A stretch of 29,496 nt of DNA from Chlamydiota bacterium (lineage in GTDB: Bacteria > Chlamydiota > Chlamydiia > Chlamydiales > SM23-39), in the NCBI GenBank assembly GCA_039179045.1, contig JBCDEZ010000014.1:1-29496 (forward strand), written 5' to 3'. The notes beneath the pieces were generated by a model. The model had not been told where the DNA came from. It was given only the letters and a program-made list of their open reading frames with translations, and searched no databases. The position numbers were made by a program, and so were the translations under genes. The number at the start of each line of letters is the position of its first letter. Positions within the stretch are counted from its first letter, which is position 1. This document shows positions 7,850-18,049 of this stretch, in pieces.

Positions 7850-9262
7850 ATGTTTTTATCTGTATCAAGCGTTCTTAAGCCGGCCGTTCTTAGTCAGCTT
7901 GAAGGGCTCGACGTTTCTTTGTTTCATACAGCCACACTTCTCATTTTTGTGCTTGCGATCTTCCATACATTTATGGCGGGCAAGATTTCAAAGTTCGCTC
8001 AACTTTTTGAAGACAAAACCGTCATGAAACAAGAGACCTCCGCAGATTGCACCAAGGTATTTTCCTTTTGGGGAGAGGTGCTCTATTTTTTTGGAGAAGT
8101 GGAAATCATTTTCGGGCTTTGGGTCATCCCTCTTTTTCTTTGTATCGTAGGTTTCTATAGTTGGGATGTGGCGGTGGAGTACATCAATACGCGAGATTAC
8201 ACAGAGCCCCTGTTCGTTGTAGTCATCATGACTCTCGCGTCTACAAAACCGATTGTACGCTTGGCAGAGAGCGTGATGCGGAAAGTAGCAGGCTTGTTCG
8301 GAGGAACAATCGAGGCTTGGTGGTGTACGATCTTGTCTCTTGGTCCTTTAACGGGGTCATTCATTACAGAGGCAGGCGCCATGACTCTTTGTGCGATGCT
8401 TCTTTCGCGCCAATTCTTCTCCTATGCGCCGTCAAAAATGCTCTCTTACGCTACGGTAGGTCTTTTGTTCGTAAATGTCTCTGTAGGTGGCGTTTTGACT
8501 AACTTTGCAGCGCCCCCCGTGCTCATCATCGCGAGAACCTGGAACTGGAGCTCTCTTTTCATGTTCTATCACTTCGGTATGAAAGCGATTTTGGGTGTGT
8601 TCAGCTCCACAATGATTTACTGGCTTTTTTTTCGGAAGGAATTTCAGAAAATGGAAACGCTCTCGGGAGCTTACCACCATATCGAAGATGAGAAGTCTGA
8701 GCAGCAGACATATGTGCCGGTCTGGATCACTTTTGTCCATGTGATTTTCCTCGTGTGGACCGTGCTCAATTCCCACTATCCTGTACTCTTCATTGGAGGC
8801 CTTCTTTTCTTCTTGGGCTTCATGCGCGCTACGAAACCCTACCAGTATGATACGAGCATCAAAGCCCCAATTTTGGTAGGGTTTTTCCTTGCAGGCCTAA
8901 TCATCCATGGTGGAGTGCAGGCTTGGTGGGTCATTCCGCTTATCAGCGGATTTACGGAAAAGAGCGTGATGCTGTTGGGTGTCTTTTTGACTGCTTTCAA
9001 CGATAACGCAGCCGTGGCTTACCTCACATCCTTGATTCCAAATGCTACGCCTCTTTTCCGCTATTCTGTGATTTCAGGTGTGGTGACAGGAGGAGGACTT
9101 ACAGTCCTTGCAAACGCTCCGAATCCAGCGGGATATGTGATTTTACAAAAGTACTTCAAAGAAGGCATTTCACCAGGGCCTCTTTTCCTTGCCGCTCTTT
9201 TCCCTACTTGTGTTTTCTTTCTCCTTTTTTTTCTCCGTTTTTTGATTTATTTACCCCTATAA
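7850..9262 (+). CDS. Putative Na+/H+ antiporter (DUF1504-like membrane protein)
   Basis: Polytopic membrane protein with GEVEIIFGLW, GSFITEAGAMT, NVSVGGVLTNFAAPPVL, DNAA and GGGLTVLANAPNPAG motifs. Confidence 0.85.
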   Translation: MFLSVSSVLKPAVLSQLEGLDVSLFHTATLLIFVLAIFHTFMAGKISKFAQLFEDKTVMKQETSADCTKVFSFWGEVLYFFGEVEIIFGLWVIPLFLCIVGFYSWDVAVEYINTRDYTEPLFVVVIMTLASTKPIVRLAESVMRKVAGLFGGTIEAWWCTILSLGPLTGSFITEAGAMTLCAMLLSRQFFSYAPSKMLSYATVGLLFVNVSVGGVLTNFAAPPVLIIARTWNWSSLFMFYHFGMKAILGVFSSTMIYWLFFRKEFQKMETLSGAYHHIEDEKSEQQTYVPVWITFVHVIFLVWTVLNSHYPVLFIGGLLFFLGFMRATKPYQYDTSIKAPILVGFFLAGLIIHGGVQAWWVIPLISGFTEKSVMLLGVFLTAFNDNAAVAYLTSLIPNATPLFRYSVISGVVTGGGLTVLANAPNPAGYVILQKYFKEGISPGPLFLAALFPTCVFFLLFFLRFLIYLPL

Positions 9263-9266
9263 AGCG

Positions 9267-10445
9267 ATGGATAGAAAAACGCTTTCAGGATCTTTGCTCG
9301 TTGTAGGAACAGCAGTGGGGGGAGGCATGTTGGCCATTCCTCTGGTTACAGGACGGGCCGGATTTTTTCCTGCTGCCTTGATAAGTGCTCTTGTAGCGCT
9401 TTTCATGTGCGCTACAGGGCTTTTGCTTTTAGAAGTTGTGCTTTCAGTGCGCAAAGAGGTGAATCTGCTTACTCTCACAAGGAGCATTTTAGGACCGAAA
9501 TCTGCTGTATGCGTAGCCATTACCTTCGCATTTCTCTATTACTGCCTTCTGGCTGCATATTTCTCGTTTGGTAGCGCTTTGGTAGAACAGCTCACCTACG
9601 CCCTCACCGCCTACTCTCTCGGGTATAACCAAGCGCTATTCCTGTTTTTTTTCTTGTTCGCTCCTTTGATCTTCCTCGGGATATGGTGGGTCGATTCTTT
9701 TTACTATCTTGCCATCGGCGTCATGGCATGCACTTACTGTTTTTTGTTGATTTCTGGTAGTCAAGATATGGTCTTTGCAAGGTGGGAGGAAAAAGACTTT
9801 CTAGAAGGGATCTGGTCGGTCCCGATCCTTTTCAGCGCTTTTGGCTACCATAACATCATCCCCTCTTTGAGTGCCTATTTTTCCTATGAGCGAAAGGTAC
9901 TTCAAAGATCGATTGTCTACGGCTGCTTTCTTGTGTTTTTTGTCTACCTCTCTTGGCAAGCGCTTATTTTCGGCTTGGTCCCGAAAGAGGCTCTTTGGAC
10001 GATAAGCAGAGAGGATCCCTCTTGGCTTTTCAAGTATTGGAACTTGGGTGGGCCCCTCGTCAAGCTTTCCGCTCGTCTTTTTAGCTTTTTTGCGATTGTG
10101 ACTTCTTTTTTGGGGGTCTCTTTTTCAATGATCGATTTTTGGGGGGATGCTTTTGGTCTAAGAAGAAAGGGAAAGCAGAGAGCTTTTCTAGGAGGAGTCA
10201 CGTTTTTTCCCCCACTCTTGATTGCGCTATACTACCCCCAGATTTTCCTCCACGCATTAGAATTGGCCGGCGGGTTTGGAGAGGCCGTTTTGAACGGAGC
10301 TCTTCCCATTTTGCTTGTTGCTTTGCATAGGAAAGCAACGGGGGGAAACCTGAGATGGCTCAGGTCTCTTCCCTGCCTTGCTCTACTTTTGCTTTTCACC
10401 CTTTGCGTGATTTTACTCGAGGGAAAAATCGTGTGGAGCAGCTAA
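9267..10445 (+). CDS. tyrP: Aromatic amino acid (Tyr/Trp) permease, HAAAP family
   Basis: N-terminal LLVVGTAVGGGMLAIP, FGYHNIIPSL and TSFLGV motifs; about 11 TM segments; 4 bp after the antiporter stop (operon-like). Confidence 0.85.
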   Translation: MDRKTLSGSLLVVGTAVGGGMLAIPLVTGRAGFFPAALISALVALFMCATGLLLLEVVLSVRKEVNLLTLTRSILGPKSAVCVAITFAFLYYCLLAAYFSFGSALVEQLTYALTAYSLGYNQALFLFFFLFAPLIFLGIWWVDSFYYLAIGVMACTYCFLLISGSQDMVFARWEEKDFLEGIWSVPILFSAFGYHNIIPSLSAYFSYERKVLQRSIVYGCFLVFFVYLSWQALIFGLVPKEALWTISREDPSWLFKYWNLGGPLVKLSARLFSFFAIVTSFLGVSFSMIDFWGDAFGLRRKGKQRAFLGGVTFFPPLLIALYYPQIFLHALELAGGFGEAVLNGALPILLVALHRKATGGNLRWLRSLPCLALLLLFTLCVILLEGKIVWSS

Positions 10446-10457
10446 TAGCCTCAGCCC

Positions 10458-10670
10458 TCACGCACCTTTGCGGCAGCAGCGCGCTTTGATGCCATTGTGT
10501 CCCAAAATTAGGTACACAGCAGATGCGCCCACTAGGGTGTAGACTACTTTATCGATAAAGGTCTTTGCAAAAAGGAAATCGACTAGGTTGAATTCAAAAA
10601 TGCCGATTAGACCCCAGTTGATCGCACCGATCAAAACAAGTAAGTAACAGATGATATCGAGATTTTTCAT
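10458..10670 (-). CDS. DUF378 family small membrane protein
   Basis: LVLIGAINWGLIGIFEFNLV...VYTLVG signature; GAGG RBS. Confidence 0.9.
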   Translation of the reverse strand: MKNLDIICYLLVLIGAINWGLIGIFEFNLVDFLFAKTFIDKVVYTLVGASAVYLILGHNGIKARCCRKGA

Positions 10671-10750
10671 GGCAATGCCTCTTTTGTAAGTAAATTTTTC
10701 TATCTATTTTTCTGTTTTATCAGCAAAGAAGATATCTTTTCAAAGGAATT

Positions 10751-11137
10751 TTAGGCGCTCATGGCAAGCTCGAAAGATTCCGACTCTCTTCGTAAGATCG
10801 CAATCAAAAATCTGATTTGCGATTCAAGATCAAAAAACCTTGTGAGCTTGGTGAAATTTTTCGGATCTGCGCCGCGCGCAATCCGGAAGCGGACGCGATG
10901 TTGTTCGATATAAACTCCGATCTCCTCTCCGCTTGTACTATGGCGCACTTTGAGGATCATGGAAATAGGCGTGAGAGTCAGCGTAGTTGAGCAATCGACA
11001 AAAAGAGGATCGGGCTTGTCCGTTTGACTCGTTTGAAACAAGAACAGCTCTTCGGGGAGAGCGTCGATCAGTTGGGGGAAAAAATAGCAGGCTTTGAGAT
11101 CATTTTTGATTGCAGCCAAAGAAACGTCAGTTGACAT
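10751..11137 (-). CDS. Hypothetical protein
   Basis: 128-aa ORF with a strong RBS (AGGAGGTACC-ATG). No family recognised. Confidence 0.7.
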   Translation of the reverse strand: MSTDVSLAAIKNDLKACYFFPQLIDALPEELFLFQTSQTDKPDPLFVDCSTTLTLTPISMILKVRHSTSGEEIGVYIEQHRVRFRIARGADPKNFTKLTRFFDLESQIRFLIAILRRESESFELAMSA

Positions 11138-11356
11138 GGTACCTCCTTTTAAAAATTACCAAATAGTGTAGGCGCTCTTTTCGAAGAAAGCAAACGGTTT
11201 TTGCACGTGAGCAGATGGGAGTCATGCTCTTCAGCAAGTCGTAGCGCGTACCGGCCGATGCAGCTACTTGGATAGGCACAGTTGGAAGTAGGTTGGTCGC
11301 AAAGTAGAAAAAGTCTTGGAATGAGTAGTAGGGAGGCTTTGCATGATTGACCTCAC

Positions 11357-12451
11357 TTACGCGGAGCCAAGATACCTTGCAATCTCACAAGCTAAGTAGG
11401 CGACATCGCTCAAAGGAGCGTTGTGCTTTTCTGGTATTCCTATGAGAGACTTTTGCGCTTCCCAGGCTTGGTTTTGCAGCAGCGCATAGGCCAGGCTTGC
11501 CTTTTGGGAAATCACCGTATCATCTACAATCTCTTTTTGATTGCAGATTTCCCGGTAAGAAGGGACAGACGCTGTTTGTAGGATGATCTCCGGTACCTGG
11601 AGATATTTCGATCTGAGCGCTGTCTCTAGCTCCCATTCAAGGAGGGAAATTAGCCTACTTCCCCACCGATTTGTGCGCTTTTTTGCCATCTGGCTCAGGC
11701 AGGAAAAGGTACGGCTTTTGATTGCGAGGTAAGCGATATCGGGATCGAAAGGCCAACTCTGAAGGGCCTCTGCTTGCACAGCAGCTCCGATCGAATGGCC
11801 ATACAATAGGATCTCTTTTACTCCTATCTCCTGTTTGCTTTGTTCGAGTAGTCGTAAAAAGGATCGGTAAGCTTGGATGATGCTTTCTCTACTCGGGTTC
11901 CCTTCACTTTCTCCCACACCAGGATAGTTGAAAAAAAGTGCATTGCTTTTGACTGTAGCTAGGAGCTCAAGCAGCGGTTTGTTGAACAGGCATTCCAATT
12001 CATAGAACTGCGCATTTCCCAACGAGCAAAGCGTCCAGCGCCCTTCAAAAAGAGTGTCTGGTTTGCCCATTACGAGGAAGTCGATGCACTTTCCACCTAC
12101 AACGAGTCCTCCTCTCCGGATTTTCCACTCCTCTTTGGATAGTGAGGGGGAAAAAAAAAGAGCCTTTCTGCCGCTCTCGACTTGTGTAGAGGACATGCCG
12201 AGCCTTCTCGGCTTTGATGCAGGAAAAAAAACGCATTTACCTAGGCAGTTATGGACCGCAAGGAGGGAAGGATTTGGTTGGCGCATAGGCTGCATCTCAG
12301 GCGCGTAGATTCTTTGAGAGGCGGTTTTTTTCGAGAGCTCTTGCACGAGGTCTGTTTCGTAGCTTTTTTCTCTATAAAATGGCATTGAATCTCCTAGAAA
12401 AGAGCGAAAAGATGTGGCATCGTCCTTGCCATGCTTCTCGTAGAGAGCCAT
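11357..12451 (-). CDS. Alpha/beta hydrolase-fold protein, chlamydial CPn0927/CHLPS (DUF818)-like
   Basis: FNYPGVGESEG, nucleophile elbow YGHSIGAAVQA, KSRTFS and a C-terminal His (EKHNAPL). Start placed at ATG 12451 to avoid overlapping the upstream gene (ORF track start 12607). Confidence 0.8.
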   Translation of the reverse strand: MALYEKHGKDDATSFRSFLGDSMPFYREKSYETDLVQELSKKTASQRIYAPEMQPMRQPNPSLLAVHNCLGKCVFFPASKPRRLGMSSTQVESGRKALFFSPSLSKEEWKIRRGGLVVGGKCIDFLVMGKPDTLFEGRWTLCSLGNAQFYELECLFNKPLLELLATVKSNALFFNYPGVGESEGNPSRESIIQAYRSFLRLLEQSKQEIGVKEILLYGHSIGAAVQAEALQSWPFDPDIAYLAIKSRTFSCLSQMAKKRTNRWGSRLISLLEWELETALRSKYLQVPEIILQTASVPSYREICNQKEIVDDTVISQKASLAYALLQNQAWEAQKSLIGIPEKHNAPLSDVAYLACEIARYLGSA

Positions 12452-12492
12452 GTGTTTTCCGGGTTGGTCTTTTCCTTTACAAGATACGCTTT

Positions 12493-13077
12493 TTAAGACA
12501 ACCAAGCCACGACTTTGTATCCGACATTCATACCCGATGAGAGGTAGAGGTGATCGGTGTACTCTGCGGATGCGCCGAAAAGGACACCAAAAAAGATTGC
12601 CACACAAAATCGGGGTAGGATCTGGATGGGAGGCATTCCTATAAGGAGAGGTAGTATTTGGAGGTATACTCCGTACAATATGGATACTACAAAAAGAGAG
12701 GAGATGGTCGCAAAGCGGCGCGCTTGTATTGGATCGAGGAAATCGTTAGTGTAGTAGCGAAAAAAATCTTTGCACCGAATCCGCAAATTCCCTCGAAATA
12801 GATCCTCTTCCCATATTGCGGTCGATATGGGGCAGATGGGGATCAAAATCATTTTTGTTAGAAAATGCCCCCGCAAAAACCCAATTTTACGAGCAACAGG
12901 GATTCCCCAGTGAAGAGAAAGAGCAGGTACGGTGATTTCGGCAAAAAAGTAGCAACCGACACCTAAGAGTACTCCGAGGCATTTTTGCGCATGGGGAAGG
13001 GATAAAATCGAGCGGCATCTCATCGGAAGGTGTGCGCCAAATTTGTATAAAGAATGATACAAACAGGGGATTTTCAT
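12493..13077 (-). CDS. CPBP (CAAX/Abi) family membrane protein, degenerate
   Basis: WEEDLFRG motif and multiple TM segments. The conserved His of FxxxH and HxxxN is not seen. Confidence 0.6.
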   Translation of the reverse strand: MKIPCLYHSLYKFGAHLPMRCRSILSLPHAQKCLGVLLGVGCYFFAEITVPALSLHWGIPVARKIGFLRGHFLTKMILIPICPISTAIWEEDLFRGNLRIRCKDFFRYYTNDFLDPIQARRFATISSLFVVSILYGVYLQILPLLIGMPPIQILPRFCVAIFFGVLFGASAEYTDHLYLSSGMNVGYKVVAWLS

Positions 13078-13200
13078 GTTTTTTTACCCTTTTAATCAAG
13101 GATAATAATAGCAAATGAATCTATATGAATCTATGGAGTTTTTTATAAAAAAGAGTTTTCTATTTTTGTTTTTCTATCTATTCCGTCTAATTGGTGTCCA

Positions 13201-13510
13201 GTCAGCGCAAGGCAAAGGAAAACTTTCGTGTAGGACACTTGTCCATTGATTCGTCTTATGATGAAATTGCTGGGATTGGTAGCTCGCTTTCGCAAAGAAA
13301 TCGCAGCTCTCAAAAGAGAAAATGCTGCGCCTAGAGAAAAACTCGCTTTGAACTCGAAGCCACCAAGTACAGACCAGAAAAATGATAAGCAAAAGCCTGA
13401 AGTAGTGCTCAAAGAGCGCAAAAGGTTCTTTTCGGAAGTGTTCTGAGCACGTCGATCAGACATAACATCCCAATTCAAAAAGTCCCTGCAGTGTGGTAGC
13501 AAACACCTCA
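13201..13510 (+). pseudogene. IS66-family transposase N-terminal remnant
   Basis: GTCAGCG at 13201 resembles the IS66 terminus GTAAGCG. Frameshifted SYDE / LLGLVARFRKEIAALKRENAAPREKLALNSKPPSTDQK matches the IS66 N-terminal coiled coil plus NS..PPS.D motif. Partial zinc-finger remnant QCGSKHL near 13490-13510. Confidence 0.7.
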
Positions 13511-13676
13511 AGTGAAGAGTTTCTCAGTTTTTTGACCAAATCGATCTATGCTAGGCTTCACCTGCTGTTGCTCGGATTGCGCGGCGTACATACCCGTGCC
13601 TAGAGTGCGGTAAGAAACAGGTAGCGCCCCTTCCCAAAAGGATGATAAGACAAGCTTTAGCCCGAAACTCGTTTTA

Positions 13677-14387
13677 TTATCCCCCTGCTGAACGGACACT
13701 ATTCTTCGTTTCTTCTTTTTTGATGATGCCATCGTCGATTTCAACGATGCGATCTGCAAAGGAAAAAATTCTGGGATCGTGCGTCACAATGACTTGCGTA
13801 GTCTGATCTTGCTGCTGCAATGCTTTCATCAGTTCCATCACGCGCACACCGTTTTCATGATCGAGAAAACTTGTGGGTTCGTCGCAAAGGACGATCTTTG
13901 GCTTGCGGATGCATCCCCGGATCACAGAGAGCCTTTGGAGTTGTCCCCCGGAAAAAGCAGTGGGAAGTTCATGCGCGCGATCTGCCAGTCCGAGGAGATC
14001 CAACATTTCCAGTCCTCGGGTCTCTGCACTTTTTTCAGGTATCCCATCGATCATAAGAGGAACGATAACATTTTCCAGGGCACTCAGCGTAGGGATGAGA
14101 TTGAATGATTGGAATACGAATCCGATGTGCTCTCCCCGAAATTTCGTCTTCTCCTCTTCGGCTAGTGCGCCGATATCTTCATCCAAGACAGTACAAGAGC
14201 CCTCTGTCGGAGAAAGAATGCCTGCCATGATTGAAAGAAGGGTTGTTTTGCCCGCACCTGAGGGGCCGACCAGCATAAGTAGTTCGTTTTCATGCACACT
14301 AAGAGTGATCCCTTTAAGCGCTTCGAACGCGACACTTGTTGAGTGGAAGATTTTGCGCACCTCTTCACAGTAGATCGTACGCTTCAT
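13677..14387 (-). CDS. ABC transporter ATP-binding subunit (MacB/LolD/DevA-like)
   Basis: Walker A GPSGAGKT, FQSFNL Q-loop, FSGGQ signature, LCDEPT Walker B, VTHD. ATG 14387 overlaps the permease stop (ATGA). Confidence 0.92.
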   Translation of the reverse strand: MKRTIYCEEVRKIFHSTSVAFEALKGITLSVHENELLMLVGPSGAGKTTLLSIMAGILSPTEGSCTVLDEDIGALAEEEKTKFRGEHIGFVFQSFNLIPTLSALENVIVPLMIDGIPEKSAETRGLEMLDLLGLADRAHELPTAFSGGQLQRLSVIRGCIRKPKIVLCDEPTSFLDHENGVRVMELMKALQQQDQTTQVIVTHDPRIFSFADRIVEIDDGIIKKEETKNSVRSAGG

Positions 14388-15541
14388 GACTTGAAGACCA
14401 AGGCAGGCTCTATCTTCATGATCTTGCGTAGGCTGATCAAAGAAGACAAAGTGCAGATGAAAAAAACAGCAAATGCGCTCAAATAAAACAGTTGCCATGG
14501 GAACATGAACGACAGATCTGTATCGCGAAACAAAAATCCGAAGATCCCTGCGGCTCCTACCCCCAACCCCCATCCGATGATACCGACCCAAGTGATTTGC
14601 AAAAGAGTCATTTTGATGAGTAGCTCATTGCTCGCTCCTAGAGCTTTGAAAACGGCTAGGTAGCGCACATTGTCTAGAACAAAATTGTAAAATGTTTGCC
14701 CCGAGACGGCCGTTCCAATGATGAAACCCAAAAAGACCGCAATCCCAAAATTGAGAGGAATACCCGTATTTTCCAGGTAGTAATACAAGGTTTTGTTCTC
14801 AAATTCATACGTGGTATAAGCGGCAAGTCCAGTCTGCTTTTCGATGGCACGGCATACAGCGCGCGGATCTTTTCCCTCTTTGGCTTTGACGGCAATGAAC
14901 GTGAGCAATTTTCTTTCGGGGGGAGAATAGGAAAGCGCTCTAGAGTAGGTAGTGTATAAAACAGGCTGAGTCAAGAAGACGCGTGTGATGTTGCAAATCC
15001 CCGTTACAATAGCTCGTTTATCGTTGAGCTCGAGAATTTCTCCTACGCGAAGAGGCTCTTCTCTTTCCCCTTCGGTAATCGCAAGTTGCCCCCGAGCCCC
15101 TGCGGCATCGACGATGATCGCATCGGGCTCCTTTAGCGAATAGATCGAGCCTTCTAGGAATTCGGAGGGGCCTCCGATGAGTGTCGCATCATCGATACCG
15201 ATGATGGTGCAGGTTGTAAACTGCCCATTTTTTAGGCGCGCTTTGATTTTTCCTCGGTAGAGGGGGACTGCCCACGCGACGCCATCTACACTTTTTACCC
15301 GAAAGAGGTCAGTATCTTTCAAGGGTTGTACATCTTCGATCTGCTTGGACATCGGATCGCATACCCAAATATCCCCTTGCGATGTATCTTGGATGAAGCT
15401 GTAGGTGCGACTCATCAGCCCAACAAAGATCGCAGCTTGCTGGATGATGATGAACGAACCAAAACTCAAAGCGATGATGATCCCATAGTATTTTAGCTTC
15501 TCGCCTACGAGCATTTTGATCGCATATTTCAACAAGACCAA
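14384..15541 (-). CDS. ABC transporter permease (FtsX/MacB/DevC-like)
   Basis: One N-terminal TM, a large periplasmic domain and three C-terminal TMs with LAVFKALGAS. Confidence 0.9.
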   Translation of the reverse strand: MVLLKYAIKMLVGEKLKYYGIIIALSFGSFIIIQQAAIFVGLMSRTYSFIQDTSQGDIWVCDPMSKQIEDVQPLKDTDLFRVKSVDGVAWAVPLYRGKIKARLKNGQFTTCTIIGIDDATLIGGPSEFLEGSIYSLKEPDAIIVDAAGARGQLAITEGEREEPLRVGEILELNDKRAIVTGICNITRVFLTQPVLYTTYSRALSYSPPERKLLTFIAVKAKEGKDPRAVCRAIEKQTGLAAYTTYEFENKTLYYYLENTGIPLNFGIAVFLGFIIGTAVSGQTFYNFVLDNVRYLAVFKALGASNELLIKMTLLQITWVGIIGWGLGVGAAGIFGFLFRDTDLSFMFPWQLFYLSAFAVFFICTLSSLISLRKIMKIEPALVFKS

Positions 15542-16920
15542 CCACCTCCTAATGCTTTATAAAGGGCGATCAGTTGTGTGGAGGCGTTGCGCTTCGACTC
15601 AATCCACACCCTTTTTTTCTCTAACATCTGCAATTCGGCTTGTAAAGAGGTAAGAGCGCTATTCAGGCCACTCATAAAAAGGGTCTCTTCTAGCAAAGCT
15701 TCTTCTTGCTTTGCCATGAACTCTCTTTGACTCAGCTCATATGTGATCAGAGCATTCCCATAGGCTGTAAGCGCATTTTCCGTATCTTCTAGCGCGGTGA
15801 GAACGGTCTGCTGGTAAGTGCTAAGAGCTGCTTGCAAAAGAGCGTCTTGCTCGTCGATCGCGCCGAGGATTCTCCCAAACTCGCATATCGGCATACTAAA
15901 AAAAGGGCCTACATTCCAGTTATTGCTCTCTTTGCTAAGCCACTTCGGGAATTTGTTCGCAGCAAACCCCCAATCCGCTTCTAGGGAAAACCTAGGAAAA
16001 AGTTCTGCCACAGCTGCTTGCGATCTACGGCTCGAGGCAGCGATTAGATACTCTGCTTTCCGGATGTCTGGCCTTCTACGTAAAAGATCTGAGGGGATCC
16101 CCACGCTCTTGAAGAGGGGCGCTTGGGGGATTTCCTCTGTACCCGAAAAAACGAAAGAGGGCTCTTCAGGCGTTTCTCCCAAGAGGAGGCTTAAATGGTG
16201 GTGGAGCGTTTGGAGCGCGCGATTCCTCTCTACGTACAGCCTTTCCAAGGCATATAACGAGGCACGTTCTTCTTCCAGTATTTGCAAAGGTGCAAGTCCC
16301 GAACGGTACTTCTCCTCTTGGAGATCGTAAAGTGCAGTTCTCACAGCAAGCATATTAGAAAGAACTGTTAGGTCCGCTTGAAGCGTGCAGATATCGACAT
16401 AGGTTCTCGCAACATCTGCACACAATACGAGAAGAAGATCTCGAAACTCCTCTTCTTCTTGGAGCACGTCATAGCCTGCAGCTGCTCTTTTTGCTCGCAG
16501 CTTGCCGAAAAAGTCCCATTCCCAAAACGCGTCAAATCCCCACTGGAATAGGCTCTGCTCAGCCGGACCTAGGAAAGAGGCATCGAATAGATTTTGGCTG
16601 ATGCGTGAGCGAATAGCGCTTGCACTGAGGGAAAACGCGGGCCATAGGTTCCCCGTTTCTGTCCGGTAGCGCCCTCGCACAGCCTCGATCCTGTAATAAG
16701 CTGTCTGCAGATCGTAGTTGCGCTCTTTTGCAAGTGCAATGAGATGATCCAAATTGGGATCGGAAAAATGGGTCCACCAATCGGATAGGTCCTCTGCGGC
16801 ACTACTTTTTTCCAAAGCCTGTGTATAATGAGTGCTGAGAGAAATATCGGGAGCTTCTTGTACAGGGGATAAAGCGCATCCAGATAGTAAGACACCAATA
16901 AACAAAGAGAGTCTACGCAT
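15529..16920 (-). CDS. Outer membrane efflux lipoprotein (NodT/OprM/TolC family)
   Basis: Lipobox LLSGC, WWTHFSDPNL, PSDLLRRRPDIRKAE and C-terminal LYKALGGGW. Confidence 0.93.
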   Translation of the reverse strand: MRRLSLFIGVLLSGCALSPVQEAPDISLSTHYTQALEKSSAAEDLSDWWTHFSDPNLDHLIALAKERNYDLQTAYYRIEAVRGRYRTETGNLWPAFSLSASAIRSRISQNLFDASFLGPAEQSLFQWGFDAFWEWDFFGKLRAKRAAAGYDVLQEEEEFRDLLLVLCADVARTYVDICTLQADLTVLSNMLAVRTALYDLQEEKYRSGLAPLQILEEERASLYALERLYVERNRALQTLHHHLSLLLGETPEEPSFVFSGTEEIPQAPLFKSVGIPSDLLRRRPDIRKAEYLIAASSRRSQAAVAELFPRFSLEADWGFAANKFPKWLSKESNNWNVGPFFSMPICEFGRILGAIDEQDALLQAALSTYQQTVLTALEDTENALTAYGNALITYELSQREFMAKQEEALLEETLFMSGLNSALTSLQAELQMLEKKRVWIESKRNASTQLIALYKALGGGWSC

Positions 16921-16921
16921 C

Positions 16922-17836
16922 TCATTTCCCCTCTAAGGGAGCAGTTTCGACATACACATCGAGTACCTCTCCTACATATACGGGGTAGGATCCTTTTTGA
17001 AAGCGGTAGATCACCTGCAAAACCCGTGTGTCGACCCGTTCGATATTGTCCCCAGTAAGCGATTGCTTGGAGATGAGGTAAGGTTCTAAGCGCACGTATT
17101 GCAAAGGAATGGAGATCGCGCTATTGCCTCGAACAAAGGCGCAAGCTTGGCTCCCTTTTTTGTAACGCCACACGTCACTCTCATCAATATCGATGCGGAT
17201 ATGAAAATCTTCCACATTTCCAAATAAGAGCAGTCCGCTTTGTGTTGTTCGGAAAGGATTTTGATCTGCGTTCTCCCCTGGATGCAGATGCACTTGGAGC
17301 ACCTCGCCTCGCATAGGCGCGCGCACGGTAGAACGTGCAATATTTGTCTCAAAAAGTAGAATCGACTCTTCTGCTAAAAACAGCTCTGCTCTCTTCTTCT
17401 CAAATGCGTATAGCTGGGTATTGTAATCGTCTTCGCTCACAGCGCGCGTATCGCGTAGGCGCTCGTAGAGCCCTAAGCGCACCGTTTGCTCTTCGAGCTC
17501 TACCGCGACTTGTTCGTAGCGAGCTTTTGCCTCATTTCTTTGCCTTTCTAAGGTCTCTGTATTGAGCTGAAAAAGAGGCGCGCCCATCGGGACAATATCA
17601 CCCGATTCAACGAATACCTTTTCCACAATTTCATTGAAGGGAGTACCGATTGCGATGTTTTCCGAAGCAGCCTCGATCACACCCGCCCCTGCTAGATAAG
17701 AAGAGAAGGGAGGAGTCGGAGGTGGAAAGGGGATGCGCGCGCGCGGTGGCTTTCTTGTCGTGTAGAAGACCATGAATAGGCCGAAAAGAGCGCCCAACCC
17801 TGCCAGTATCGGCAGAAAAAACCTCTTCACGAACAT
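16922..17836 (-). CDS. Periplasmic adaptor (HlyD/MFP family) of ABC exporter
   Basis: N-terminal TM anchor, lipoyl half-motifs VFVESGDIV and VRAPMRGEVL flanking a coiled coil, ERVDTRVLQVIY; GGGGAGG RBS. Confidence 0.9.
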   Translation of the reverse strand: MFVKRFFLPILAGLGALFGLFMVFYTTRKPPRARIPFPPPTPPFSSYLAGAGVIEAASENIAIGTPFNEIVEKVFVESGDIVPMGAPLFQLNTETLERQRNEAKARYEQVAVELEEQTVRLGLYERLRDTRAVSEDDYNTQLYAFEKKRAELFLAEESILLFETNIARSTVRAPMRGEVLQVHLHPGENADQNPFRTTQSGLLLFGNVEDFHIRIDIDESDVWRYKKGSQACAFVRGNSAISIPLQYVRLEPYLISKQSLTGDNIERVDTRVLQVIYRFQKGSYPVYVGEVLDVYVETAPLEGK

Positions 17837-18011
17837 GCCCCTCCCCCTTACAATTCTTCATAAAAAAGAACTCTTTATTCCGCAAGACAAACTCAAAGAA
17901 GAAGGAGGATCCCCCTAAACGAGAGCCTCCTCTCACCAAGGGGAAATCCTTATATTTTCGCAGAGGCGAGATCTTCTGATAGCAAGACCTAACCCTACAG
18001 CCGGAGAATAT

Positions 18012-18049
18012 ATTCATTTGAAGAATTGGGTTAAGTGGAAAAATAGAGG
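18012..18049 (+). repeat. Degenerate terminus of the MITE-like repeat
   Basis: ATTCATTTGAAGAATTGGGTTA matches the reverse complement of 175-196 at 20/22, with AATAGAGG at the same spacing. Confidence 0.55.

Noticed and set aside
14388..14591. N-terminal extensions of the ABC ATPase ORF (also FucP 25048-25209 and hydrolase 12452-12607)
   Set aside because: These overlap upstream genes in another frame, and better internal starts exist; ORF-caller artefacts.
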